DNA of 64,000 nt. Source: an uncultured Verrucomicrobiae bacterium (GTDB lineage: Bacteria > Verrucomicrobiota > Verrucomicrobiia > Chthoniobacterales > JAFAMB01). Position 1 is the stretch's first letter, and each line of letters starts with the position of its first letter. The position numbers and the translations under genes are program-made. Below, in pieces: positions 1-9,325 of this stretch. The stretch spans positions 32,001 through 96,000 of the forward strand of contig CAVXLD010000013.1 of NCBI GenBank assembly GCA_963762565.1, written 5' to 3'. The notes beneath the pieces were generated by a model. It was not told where the DNA came from. It worked only from the letters and a program-made list of their open reading frames with translations, and ran no database searches.

Positions 1-714
1 GGTCGCAATTCCCCAAGCGATCACCAAACCCACAAGTATAGCGAGTCCGACGGATAGACCCACCAAATGACCAACACCCAAAAGAGCAAACGATAACGAG
101 CTTCCACAGCCGGTGGCGGCAGCTCCGATCCGAAAAAATGCGACCAATTGGTCGGCAAAAAGTCGCATGTTGACGATCAGGTAGAAACCGGCGGAGATCA
201 GGGAACCACTAATGACGGACATCAATCCGGCCCGGGTCTCTTTCTCATTCCCCGAGCGACTTCCCGCACCGACCTTAAGTACTTCAGCGGCAGCGACACC
301 TTCGGGATAGGGCAATGGCGAGTCCACGACCATCGCTCGGCGGAGCGGCACGGTGTACATCACTCCGAGGATGCCGCCGACCGCACAGATACCGAACGAG
401 GTCCAGAAAGGAAAACCTGTCCACCAGCCAACCATCACGAGACCCGGCAAAACAAAAATGATCGACGAGAGTGTTCCCGCGGCAGACGCAACCGTCTGAA
501 CGATGTTGTTTTCTTCGATCGTTGAGTTCTTGAAAAATCGAAGGACGGCCATGGAGATCACGGCCGCAGGAATCGATGAAGCGAATGTAAGCCCGACTTT
601 GAGACCCAGATAGACATTTGCGGCTGTGAACACAAGCGTGATAGCGCAGCCTAAAATCAGGCCGCGAATCGTGAGTTCGACCGGCCGGTCGTTCTGAGGG
701 ATGGTTTGGCCCAT
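1..714 (-). CDS. OPT-family oligopeptide transporter, N-terminal part (runs off window start)
   Basis: Manual translation from ATG at 714: MGQTIPQNDRPVELTIRGLILGCAITLVFTAANVYLGLKVGLTFASSIPAAVISMAVLRFFKNSTIEENNIVQTVASAAGTLS..., typical bacterial OPT N-terminus. Absent from the ORF track because its stop lies outside the window. Confidence 0.9.
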   Translation of the reverse strand, partial: MGQTIPQNDRPVELTIRGLILGCAITLVFTAANVYLGLKVGLTFASSIPAAVISMAVLRFFKNSTIEENNIVQTVASAAGTLSSIIFVLPGLVMVGWWTGFPFWTSFGICAVGGILGVMYTVPLRRAMVVDSPLPYPEGVAAAEVLKVGAGSRSGNEKETRAGLMSVISGSLISAGFYLIVNMRLFADQLVAFFRIGAAATGCGSSLSFALLGVGHLVGLSVGLAILVGLVIAWGIAT

Positions 715-781
715 CTGGCACAACTGCCGAAAATCAAGTGAGGAAGTAAAGGAAAATACGAGAGCAAATACCGAAATCGGT

Positions 782-1171
782 CTAGTCACCTGAACTGGCA
801 CCGGCGATATTAGTCCAACGGTAGCACGCGACCCAGGTAAGGAAGAGTTGCACGACTATGGGAAACTCCTCCGGGAGGTCGATAACCATCTGCGTAAAAT
901 CTAATCCGGGAGCTGCAACCAATAGGCTTTGCCAATGCCTGGTTGAACGGATAAAGCCGACGACGTTCTTGCCCTGATAAAGCCTGAATTCAATTTCGGA
1001 CCGGGACTTGGTACACTTCAATTTCCACTCACCACTAGCGTAGCTGAAAAGTCCCGCGTCGTTCCGAGGCCAGCAGAGTGTACCCGTCCCAAAGCTGCAA
1101 ATCGTGAACGAAAAATCCCTCCTTAGCGATACGGAATTCTTTATGCCCAAATGCAAAGGTCTGGGCGACAT
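782..1171 (-). CDS. Hypothetical protein
   Basis: 129-aa ORF co-oriented with and just upstream of the OPT gene; no recognised motif. Confidence 0.45.
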   Translation of the reverse strand: MSPRPLHLGIKNSVSLRRDFSFTICSFGTGTLCWPRNDAGLFSYASGEWKLKCTKSRSEIEFRLYQGKNVVGFIRSTRHWQSLLVAAPGLDFTQMVIDLPEEFPIVVQLFLTWVACYRWTNIAGASSGD

Positions 1172-1407
1172 TTTTTAGGACCGGGTCCGGAGCGGTGGCG
1201 AGACTCAGTTGTAAGCTGGAACGATCGCCTGTTGCGGCTATGGTGGCCATTCGTTTCGCTATTGAAATGGAAATCTCAGATTATCAGGAACTTCCGTAAC
1301 CGTACAGAAGTTCCTGGCGACCCATTCCAGGGAGTAAGCGGCAAGGAACGCCCCACAGTTGTCCGCTCTCCTTGAACTCCTCGAAGCCCAAAAGTATCAA
1401 TAGTCCT

Positions 1408-2592
1408 ATGCTTGACGGCTTCGAATCCCACCTGAATGAGCAAATCAGTTCAATTCGCACTCAAGGGCTTTATAAGAGAGAGCGATTCCTAAGTACTCCG
1501 CAACGCGCTCATATCGGGACGAGCGATGGGCGTGATGTTCTAAATCTCTGTGCGAACAATTACCTGGGGCTGGCGGATCATCCCGAGGTGATTCAGGCAG
1601 CCAAAGAAGCACTGGATCGTTGGGGGTTCGGCTTGGCTTCCGTCCGATTTATCTGTGGCACCCAGGAGATCCATAAGGAACTCGAGGCAGCGCTCTCTCG
1701 TTTTCACGGCACAGATGATACAATTCTCTACGGGAGCTGTTTTGACGCCAATGGTGGTCTTTTTGAAACGTTGCTTGGCGCTGAGGACGCGGTAATCAGC
1801 GACAAACTGAATCATGCTTCCATCATCGATGGTATCCGTCTCTGCAAAGCCCAGCGGTTTCGTTATGAGCACAACGACATGGCGGATCTGGAGGCCAAGC
1901 TGGTTGAGGCTAAGACAGCCCGTTTCCGGTTGATCGCGACAGACGGCGTATTTTCGATGGATGGCACCATCGCCAATCTCGGCGGTGTTTGCGATCTAGC
2001 GGAGCGATACCAGGCGTTAGTGATGGTTGATGAATGTCATGCCGCCGGCTTTTTGGGAAAGACCGGTCGCGGGACGCCTGAACACTGCGGGGTTGAAGGC
2101 AGAGTTGATATCATTACCGGGACTTTGGGAAAAGCTTTGGGGGGTGGCAGCGGCGGGTATACCACCGGGCGGAAAGCGATCGTGGAATTGCTGCGACAAC
2201 GTTCGAGGCCTTATCTGTTTTCCAACAGCATCACACCCAGTATCGTGGCGGCCTCTGTGAAGGCGATCGACATCGTTACTCGTTCGACGGAGCTGCGAGA
2301 TCGTTTGGAGAATAGCACCCAGTTTTTCCGGAATGGATTGACCGAACACGGGCTAACGATCCGCCCGGGGCAACATCCGATTGTGCCTGTGATGATCGGC
2401 GAAGCTGCGCTTGCCCAGAAGGTCGCCGATCGGTTGCTCGAACTTGGCCTGTACGTGATCGGATTCTTTTATCCGGTCGTACCGCAGGGTACCGCTCGGA
2501 TTCGGACCCAAGTCTCGGCTGCTCACACCAAGGATGATCTCCAGTTTGCCGTTGATTGTTTCGCCAAAGCGAAAGCGGAATTCGGGCTGTAG
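1408..2592 (+). CDS. kbl: Glycine C-acetyltransferase (2-amino-3-ketobutyrate CoA ligase)
   Basis: [39 protein letters not shown] (PLP Lys), [22 protein letters not shown]; start placed at ATG 1408. Confidence 0.93.
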   Translation: MLDGFESHLNEQISSIRTQGLYKRERFLSTPQRAHIGTSDGRDVLNLCANNYLGLADHPEVIQAAKEALDRWGFGLASVRFICGTQEIHKELEAALSRFHGTDDTILYGSCFDANGGLFETLLGAEDAVISDKLNHASIIDGIRLCKAQRFRYEHNDMADLEAKLVEAKTARFRLIATDGVFSMDGTIANLGGVCDLAERYQALVMVDECHAAGFLGKTGRGTPEHCGVEGRVDIITGTLGKALGGGSGGYTTGRKAIVELLRQRSRPYLFSNSITPSIVAASVKAIDIVTRSTELRDRLENSTQFFRNGLTEHGLTIRPGQHPIVPVMIGEAALAQKVADRLLELGLYVIGFFYPVVPQGTARIRTQVSAAHTKDDLQFAVDCFAKAKAEFGL

Positions 2593-2596
2593 GTAG

Positions 2597-2704
2597 TTGG
2601 TAGGGCGAGGCTCGGCAGCACTTAGGTGTTGCATCGCATAGACCAACGCGACGTCATTTGCTCTGATGCCCGCTCTCGGTCGTCCCGGAGCCTCGCCCTA
2701 CCAA
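2597..2704. repeat. REP/REPIN-like element, family A (collapsed copy)
   Basis: Perfect 17-bp inverted repeat TTGGTAGGGCGAGGCTC ... GAGCCTCGCCCTACCAA between convergent kbl and kefC. Confidence 0.85.
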
Positions 2705-2711
2705 TGTCTTT

Positions 2712-4595
2712 TCACTTTTCACCTTTCACCTTTTCCTTACCGTCTGGCATCTCTGCCGCCTTGGGCCGCTCCCAGGCCAAATCCTCAGGACGAGGCGTGG
2801 CCCGTTGTCGTTCTGTTTCGAACAATTCGTCGAGGGTCTTTACTCGCTTCCGCACCTCACCGATAAAATCCTTTTGGTCAGTACCAAAGTACTCCGCGAG
2901 TTGCTGAACCGTCTCTTCATCGTATTCCTTGAAAGTATGGGCGGCTCGATAAGCCCGGTAGGCGCCGAACCCGAGGACGCGCAGTGCCTGAGCACCCATC
3001 TCGAGCGACGATTCCAGCGTCTCGCGAAAGATATTCTTCACGCCCATCTTAATTAATCGGTAGGCATGCTCACGATCTTGTGCTCGCACTAACAGAGTCA
3101 AATTCGGGAAATGTTTTTGGGCCAGCTCCACTAAACGAAGCGAACCCTCGACATCGTTAATCGCGACCACCAATAACTTGGCTTGAGCAGCCCCGGCAGC
3201 GGCCAGCATCTCATGCCTGGTCGCGTCTCCGTAGAATACTTTGAACCCGATCTTTCGAATTAGATCAACTTGTTCCGGATCAAAATCGAGCACGGTGGTT
3301 TTGATGTTCTGGGTATTCAGTAGTCGGCCAACCACGACGCCGTAGCGGCCAACTCCAGCGATAATCACCGGATTCGTAGTCTCATCGATTTCGTCGGGTT
3401 GCCGCTGGCGTAACCGGCTGGAGAACCGAGGTTGGATCCAGAATTCGTTGATCGTGAAGAGGAACGGCGCCGCTACCATCGACAAAGCAACCACCGCAAT
3501 TAACCGGTCACCGATCGCTTGACCAAATACTTGGTTCTGTACCGCGAATGCGACTAACACGAAAGCGAATTCCCCTCCCTGAGCTAAGGCCAAGGAGAAG
3601 GTGAAGTTTTGGCTGTTCTCCAAACGAGAAATTTTTCCGATCCCGTATAACACGGCCGCTTTCACCAGTAGAAGCCCGATAACCAGGCCGGCCATCAAAA
3701 GCGGTTCCGATCGGAGTAACGAAAGGTCAATACTGGCGCCGACCGATACGAAGAACAAACCGAGCAGTAACCCTTTAAATGGCTCAATGTCGGCCTCGAG
3801 TTCATGACGGTACTCACTCTCGGCCAACACCACTCCCGCGAGAAAGGTGCCCAGCGCCGGCGAGAGTCCTACTACCTGCATGGCCAGAGCAATACCGACT
3901 ACTAAGAGTAGAGCGGCTGCGGTGAAGACTTCGTGGAGTCGGGTAAGCGCCAAAAAATGAAACGCAGGACGAACCAAGAAACGACCGCCGATGATAATCG
4001 CACCGACTGTAACCAGAACCAACAAGGCTTGAGACCAAGTGTTTGCATGGGTTGTCGCGCTCGCTGCTGGATGGGTGGCTGCCAAAAAAGGCATCACGGC
4101 GAGGATCGGTATTACTGCCAGGTCTTGGAATAACAGAACCGCAACCGAGCTCTGCCCACCCTTGGTGTTCAACCAACCCTTCTCGGAGAGAGATTGAACG
4201 GCGATGGCAGTGGACGAATCGGAAAGGATGAGTCCGACCGCGATGGCTGGACCAATCCCAAGATGGAAGCAGAGAGTAAGCGCTGCGCACACGAGTGCAG
4301 TCAAACCGACTTGCAAAGCTCCTGACCCAAAAATCGGCCCACGAAGGCGCCACAAAAGGCTAGGCCGTAATTCCAGCCCCACGAGAAAGAGCATCATTAC
4401 GACTCCGAACTGAGCCACGTTCATGACGCCGCCGCGAGCATCTCCGATAAATCCGAAAACGTGAGGCCCTATGATGACCCCGGCCAGCAAATAGCCCAGC
4501 ACGGATCCCAGGCCTAGCCTTTTTGCGATGGGAACCGACACGACGGCGGCTCCGAGATAGATGAACGCTTGAAAAAGAAAATCGGAAGACTCCAT
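2712..4595 (-). CDS. kefC: CPA2 K+/H+ antiporter, KefB/KefC type with KTN domain
   Basis: GLGSVLGYL, LFQDLAVIP, SEYRHELEADIEPFKGLLLGLFF, GVGRYG and YGDATR KTN motifs; kefB vs kefC not resolvable. Confidence 0.9.
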   Translation of the reverse strand: MESSDFLFQAFIYLGAAVVSVPIAKRLGLGSVLGYLLAGVIIGPHVFGFIGDARGGVMNVAQFGVVMMLFLVGLELRPSLLWRLRGPIFGSGALQVGLTALVCAALTLCFHLGIGPAIAVGLILSDSSTAIAVQSLSEKGWLNTKGGQSSVAVLLFQDLAVIPILAVMPFLAATHPAASATTHANTWSQALLVLVTVGAIIIGGRFLVRPAFHFLALTRLHEVFTAAALLLVVGIALAMQVVGLSPALGTFLAGVVLAESEYRHELEADIEPFKGLLLGLFFVSVGASIDLSLLRSEPLLMAGLVIGLLLVKAAVLYGIGKISRLENSQNFTFSLALAQGGEFAFVLVAFAVQNQVFGQAIGDRLIAVVALSMVAAPFLFTINEFWIQPRFSSRLRQRQPDEIDETTNPVIIAGVGRYGVVVGRLLNTQNIKTTVLDFDPEQVDLIRKIGFKVFYGDATRHEMLAAAGAAQAKLLVVAINDVEGSLRLVELAQKHFPNLTLLVRAQDREHAYRLIKMGVKNIFRETLESSLEMGAQALRVLGFGAYRAYRAAHTFKEYDEETVQQLAEYFGTDQKDFIGEVRKRVKTLDELFETERQRATPRPEDLAWERPKAAEMPDGKEKVKGEK

Positions 4596-4601
4596 TGAAA
4601 A

Positions 4602-5219
4602 TTAGGCTGTGGGTAGGAGAGCGACTGCTTTGTTTAGCGTGTCCAATTTCATGATCTCTGATAGATCTACCGTGTTATCGCGCAGGGCCTCGAGTGCCCG
4701 GCGGTAACTTGAGGCGTAGGCCGTGAGCTCGTTTTCGTCCTCCATCCAAAGCACGCCGGGTACCACAAAGGGTGGAAGGTAAGTCATGCCGCAAAGCCGG
4801 GCGGTTTGTTCAAAGGGCGCCAGCAGTTCACGCACGGTAAAATAGTTATACCCACTGCGTTGATAGGCACTAAACGGCCCGCCAGTTGAAATCGCGGTTA
4901 GGAATAGTTTTCCATGAAGCCGGGTACCGCTTTTTCCGTAAGCGAAGCCGTATTCAAGCACCAAATCCTGCCACTGCTTCAGAATTGCCGGAGAACTGTA
5001 CCAATAAAACGGGTGCTGAAAGATAATGACATCATGCTCAAGCAACAGCGCCTGTTCCCGCGCGATATTGATGTGGAATTTTGGATACCACTCATAGAGA
5101 TCGTTCACGGTTATTCCGGGCAGAGATCGAACGTACGACAATAAAACTTGGTTAACGCGTGACTTATGAATAGCGGGGTGGGCGAAGAGGATTAGGAGAC
5201 GACGTGAAGGCGGGGTCAT
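4602..5219 (-). CDS. kefF: NAD(P)H oxidoreductase, KefF/KefG ancillary protein
   Basis: AHP, DLYEWYP, QHPFYWYSSPAILKQWQD flavodoxin-2 motifs; directly upstream of the kef antiporter. Confidence 0.88.
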   Translation of the reverse strand: MTPPSRRLLILFAHPAIHKSRVNQVLLSYVRSLPGITVNDLYEWYPKFHINIAREQALLLEHDVIIFQHPFYWYSSPAILKQWQDLVLEYGFAYGKSGTRLHGKLFLTAISTGGPFSAYQRSGYNYFTVRELLAPFEQTARLCGMTYLPPFVVPGVLWMEDENELTAYASSYRRALEALRDNTVDLSEIMKLDTLNKAVALLPTA

Positions 5220-5543
5220 GGGAATGGCGTCAATGCCTATATTTTCCAGAAAAATTTAAACTTGTCATAAATCAAAACTTGCGTCAGTTAGCCGTAGAAA
5301 TTCGGTTAAAGCCGAATTAGATTGGTAGACCCTCATGGAGGTTATGAAAACGAAAACGTTATCGGATTATCCGCTGTTGATCGGTGAACTTTTGCGACGA
5401 TCGGAAGTTCGTCGACGGAAAAGAGAGCGTCGGAGGCATTTTTGGTCTTCGGTTAGGCTGACGAAGTAAGTGACTTATTTCAGGGTGTATGCTTTCGCGT
5501 TGTCCGGCGAAAGCAGTACACCGTCCTCCGCCACTCGGCGGTG

Positions 5544-5603
5544 CAGTACTCCAACCCTCCCACACTCCGCGTCGCCGGATTCGAGGACGAGGACGAGAAC
5601 GAA
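5544..5603 (+). repeat. Dispersed repeat family E (CAGTACTCCA...CACTCCGCG...GGATTCGAGGACGAGGACGAGAACGAA)
   Basis: Similar copies at 14292-14376 (reverse), 22439-22506 (partial), 37071-37138. Confidence 0.75.
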
Positions 5604-5646
5604 CCACCTGGTGAGCGCCTGCCCGCCCGCTGGAAGCACTCATTGG

Positions 5647-6816
5647 TTATCCGTCGTGCAAGGCGTTGATGGCTTCGCGAAGGTCCACAACATCTTGCAT
5701 CTGATGCGCCGCTGACAGCGTTACGCGGAGTCTGGCCGAACCCCTGGGCACGGTTGGGAACCGTACGGCTGGGACCAGGAAGCCTCGTTCTGCCAGCTGT
5801 TCTGAAAGAGAAAGGGCTTGTTCTTCCAAGCCCACAACTATGGGGACGATCGCTGATCGGGTAGCTTCCGGACTGGATTGGTTAAGGTTAGCCGTTAGCT
5901 CTGCGTGATTACGCCAGAGCGCCTTCCTTAATTGGTCGCCGTTCTCGGAAGCAATGATGCCTAACCCCACAATCGCGGCAGCAATAGCGGCCGGCGGAGG
6001 AGCTGTTGAATAAATAAAAGTCCGGGCGCGATTGATGAGGACATCAATTAAATCTGCGGGACCAGCAATGAATCCCCCGCTGGATCCAACCGCCTTGCTG
6101 AGTGTGCCGAGATGAATGTCGACGCGGCCGATCAAGCCACATGCGGCAGCTAAGCCAGCCCCATTTGGACCAATAACACCGGTTGCGTGTGCCTCATCGA
6201 GAAGCAGCCCAGCCCCGAATTCATCCTTCAGGTCGACGATCTCGGTTAGAGGGCAAGAGTCGCCATCCATGCTAAAAATGGACTCTGTGACAATGAGAAC
6301 TTTGGCCCCGCTTCTTTTCTGGCGAGCCCAGTTCAATAACTCCTCCAAGCGCTCCAGCCGGTTATGAGGATAGACGCGAATCTCCGCGCCGCTCAACCTG
6401 GCGCCGTCGATTAATGAGGCATGCGCCAGCTTGTCTAAGATGATCACATCGCCCTGGCCAAAAAGGGCGGGAATGGTACCCAACGCTGCGGCATATCCGC
6501 TTTCAAACGTAAGGGCCGCCGGGGTCTGTTTGAAGCTAGCCAGCCTTGTTTCCAGTTCTGAATGAATGGCCAGGGTGCCGGTGAGCAAACGTGATGCACC
6601 GGTGCCGGCGCCAAACCGTTGGGCGGCTTCGGCCGCCGCCATCTTGAGCTTCGGATGTTCAGTAAGTCCCAAATAATCGTTGGAGGCGAAGTTCACTAGC
6701 GACCTGCCTGCGCGACTAACGCGGGTCCCATCGACTTCGTCGATGGTCCGCAACCGCCTGTACAGCGCTCGTTGCTTCAGATCGGCGATGAGTTCTGAGT
6801 AAGAATAGGAGTTCAA
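5647..6816 (-). CDS. bioF: 8-amino-7-oxononanoate synthase
   Basis: FASNDYLGL, GASRLLTG, HASLIDG, ESIFSMDGD, DEAHA, GTLSKA, FIYSTA, RFPTVP; start set at TTG 6816 because the upstream ORF extension is a repeat. Confidence 0.9.
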   Translation of the reverse strand: MNSYSYSELIADLKQRALYRRLRTIDEVDGTRVSRAGRSLVNFASNDYLGLTEHPKLKMAAAEAAQRFGAGTGASRLLTGTLAIHSELETRLASFKQTPAALTFESGYAAALGTIPALFGQGDVIILDKLAHASLIDGARLSGAEIRVYPHNRLERLEELLNWARQKRSGAKVLIVTESIFSMDGDSCPLTEIVDLKDEFGAGLLLDEAHATGVIGPNGAGLAAACGLIGRVDIHLGTLSKAVGSSGGFIAGPADLIDVLINRARTFIYSTAPPPAAIAAAIVGLGIIASENGDQLRKALWRNHAELTANLNQSSPEATRSAIVPIVVGLEEQALSLSEQLAERGFLVPAVRFPTVPRGSARLRVTLSAAHQMQDVVDLREAINALHDG

Positions 6817-7027
6817 TTGGTAGGGCGAGGCTCCCGAATGACCCGAAATTTTCGCAGGTGATGGGATGTCGCACCAGAATAGCATACGTTACCCGACAGA
6901 GCGTGCCGAGCCGTGGTCCGCGCAAGGTGACGGCTCGGCACGTTCATTGGCGCAGCCAGGCGAAAGTTCGTCATAATCAATTCTCCCTGCGCCGAACGTA
7001 ACGTCGTTCGGGAGCCTCGCCCTGCCA
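6817..7027. repeat. REP/REPIN-like element, family A (complete doublet)
   Basis: TTGGTAGGGCGAGGCTCC-70nt-GCCGAGCC-19nt-GGCTCGGC-71nt-GGAGCCTCGCCCTGCCA. Confidence 0.85.
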
Positions 7028-7031
7028 TCAA

Positions 7032-7754
7032 CTACGGCGTAACTGGCGTCTGCTTCAAGAGGTGATCCATGTCTGGATCGGCGTGTGCGCCCAGTTGGAG
7101 GGCGCGATAGTAGTGGCGGCGAGCTAACTCGATGGCAGGAGGCTTGCGCTCGGTGTAGACCATTGCCAGATTAAAATGAGCCTCGGCATAATCCTCGTCC
7201 AGTTCAACGGCCTTACGGAGCTGGTCCTCAGCTGCATCTAACCACCCCCGCTTACGCGCCAATACTCCGAGATACATGTGAGCATGTGCGTTATCGGGTT
7301 CGAGATAGATCGCCTGGCTGAGTGCCGCCAGGCTGGCATCCAATTCGCCTTTTCGGAAGGCAATAATCCCGAGAGTCAGCCATGCCTGCGTCACGTCCGG
7401 ATCCAGGTGGACGGCTTTGCGCAAATGTTCTTCTGCTTTGTCAAGTTCATCCAGGCGATACTCAGCAGAGCCAAGATTAATCCAGCCTCCAGAATAATTG
7501 GGCAAAAGCTCGGTTACTCGAGCAAACGCTGTCTTTGCTTCTTGAAATTGGCCTGCCTGAAATTTGGCTAAACCGCTTTCGAAAGCCTGGTGTACTTCCG
7601 GCTCCATCACGGGGGCGTTGGTTTGGTCGCTTCGGCCAGCCAGAGGGCAAAGAAAAATGGCGGTTATTCCTGCCGCCAGCGAGAAGCGATAGCAGGAACG
7701 CTTTCTTCGGGGAAGGCCAGGCTGTTTTATGCTCATCGAGGTGAGGACACCCAT
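7032..7754 (-). CDS. Exported tetratricopeptide-repeat protein
   Basis: Signal-like N-terminus followed by several TPR units (WINLG, AWLTLG, AHMYLG, AHFNLA). Confidence 0.85.
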   Translation of the reverse strand: MGVLTSMSIKQPGLPRRKRSCYRFSLAAGITAIFLCPLAGRSDQTNAPVMEPEVHQAFESGLAKFQAGQFQEAKTAFARVTELLPNYSGGWINLGSAEYRLDELDKAEEHLRKAVHLDPDVTQAWLTLGIIAFRKGELDASLAALSQAIYLEPDNAHAHMYLGVLARKRGWLDAAEDQLRKAVELDEDYAEAHFNLAMVYTERKPPAIELARRHYYRALQLGAHADPDMDHLLKQTPVTP

Positions 7755-7803
7755 TTAGCGCCTAGTTTTGACACCCGTCCAGCAAAGTCGTTCATCTGGG
7801 GCG

Positions 7804-8092
7804 CCTGGAGGGGAGCCGCTTTGGCGCCCGGCATAGAAACCTCACAACCTTCCTCACAGCGCGGCTGCCGCCAAGATACTTCTTTAACAAGCGGCTCCCG
7901 CGAATCACCCATCGTATTTTTTTGCCCACGCCTCCGTCGTTAATGGACGTTGATAAGCGTATCGGCAATAGACCCTGCGACGCGCTGGGTCATTCCCGGG
8001 AGCCGCCTGTTTAGTACGATTTGAGAACGCACGCCCGCTGGAATGAATCGAGCGGGGCCCTTGGGTTTCGCGCCAAGCGGCTCCCCTCCAGG
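7804..8092. repeat. REP/REPIN-like element, family B
   Basis: Perfect 18-bp terminal IR CCTGGAGGGGAGCCGCTT/AAGCGGCTCCCCTCCAGG, inner IR 7889-7911/7986-8008; second copy at 60692-60901. Confidence 0.85.
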
Positions 8093-8114
8093 TTGTTCGG
8101 CGTTGTCGGCGTTC

Positions 8115-8915
8115 CTAATCTCTTCCCAACTCCCGGGCGCGTTCGGATGCCGCGCGTACCGCGGACATAATGGTGTGACGGAGTCCCCGGGCCTCTAAAA
8201 TCTCGATTGCTGCCATGGTTGTTCCACCTGGGCTGGCCACCATCTCCCGAAGTTCGGCCGGGTGTTTACCGGTTTCTCGGATCATCAGAGCGGACCCGAA
8301 CACGGTTTGTACCGCCAGCTCCAAAGCGACTTCTCGAGGGAGCCCCATCATTACGCCGCCGTCGGCCAACGCCTCTACGAAAGTGAAAACGTAAGCAGGT
8401 CCACTGCCGCTCAAGCCGGTCACCGCATCGAGTGCTGACTCGCGAACCCGATACACGATCCCGACGGAGGAAAACACCTTTTCGGCGACCTCCGCGTCGG
8501 CCATGGTCGCGTGATCGCCCAGGGCATAGGCGGTGGCGCCCTTGCCGATTAGCGAAGGCGTATTTGGCATCGCCCTGATCACCCGGGTCCGATGACCCGC
8601 AGCCTCTTGTAACCGGTCGATACTGATGCCGGCAGCAACCGAGATCAGCAATTTGCCATCGAGATATTGTCTCACGTCTTTCAGGAGCTGGAGCGAATCG
8701 GCCGGCTTAGTGCCCAAGATCACCGCCTCACACTGATCGACCAGGGCCCGAGGAGAGGTGCCATAGCGAATCCCAAGTGTTTTGACATCTTCAACGGCGG
8801 ATTCGGGGTGGCGATTAATGACAACGATGTCTTCTGGCCCTGAGCAACCCGCCTTTAACATGCCCTCTATCAGGGCTGAAGCCATTTTGCCAAATCCTAA
8901 GAATCCGAAGGTCAT
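8115..8915 (-). CDS. proC: Pyrroline-5-carboxylate reductase
   Basis: GFLGFGKMA, SVAAGI, RAMPNTP, TGLSGSGPAY, SPGGTT; start ATG 8915. Confidence 0.95.
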   Translation of the reverse strand: MTFGFLGFGKMASALIEGMLKAGCSGPEDIVVINRHPESAVEDVKTLGIRYGTSPRALVDQCEAVILGTKPADSLQLLKDVRQYLDGKLLISVAAGISIDRLQEAAGHRTRVIRAMPNTPSLIGKGATAYALGDHATMADAEVAEKVFSSVGIVYRVRESALDAVTGLSGSGPAYVFTFVEALADGGVMMGLPREVALELAVQTVFGSALMIRETGKHPAELREMVASPGGTTMAAIEILEARGLRHTIMSAVRAASERARELGRD

Positions 8916-8959
8916 GCGTGAGAGGGAAGTAATCAGGCTGGAGACGGGATGCAAGGGGA

Positions 8960-9172
8960 GCGTTTCGGCGTGTGGGCGTTTCGGCGTATGGGCGTGTCGG
9001 CGTGGTGGCGCATCGGCGTACGGGCGGTGTGGGGACGCATACTTCGCCGGGCGCTGCGATCAGATGGGACCAACATATAAGTCCTATCAGTCCCATAGGT
9101 CCTATTCGATCGCGGGGCCCAGCGCACTCCACTACGCCGACGCGCCGCTACGCCGACATGCCGACACGTCCG
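8960..9172. repeat. Composite repeat family D: inverted 8-mer arrays (GGCGTGTC/GACACGCC-like) around a 9-mer array (ATAGGTCCT-like)
   Basis: Same layout at about 15803-16053; 9-mer core also at about 12836-12857. Confidence 0.75.
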
Positions 9173-9325
9173 CATTTTTCCTGAAACCTTGAACGTTGTT
9201 GCCGTGTATATGTCACAGAGCAGGAGGGGGTACACACCGTATGGCAATTATGGTATTAGGATCGACTATGCCTGGTTCTGTGTCTACGTTATGGGCTCGT
9301 TCGTGCTGGCAGAGAGTTCGAAACT

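Noticed and set aside
6817..6885. ORF-track N-terminal extension of BioF
   Set aside because: It is a translation of the repeat element, not BioF-like sequence.
6817..7027. CRISPR-like repeat-spacer interpretation of the family A/B elements
   Set aside because: The repeats are inverted and dispersed rather than tandem direct, partner loops show residual homology, and no cas genes are present.
8782..9247. Several overlapping short ORFs between proC and the adaptor gene
   Set aside because: They are low-complexity translations of repeat family D.
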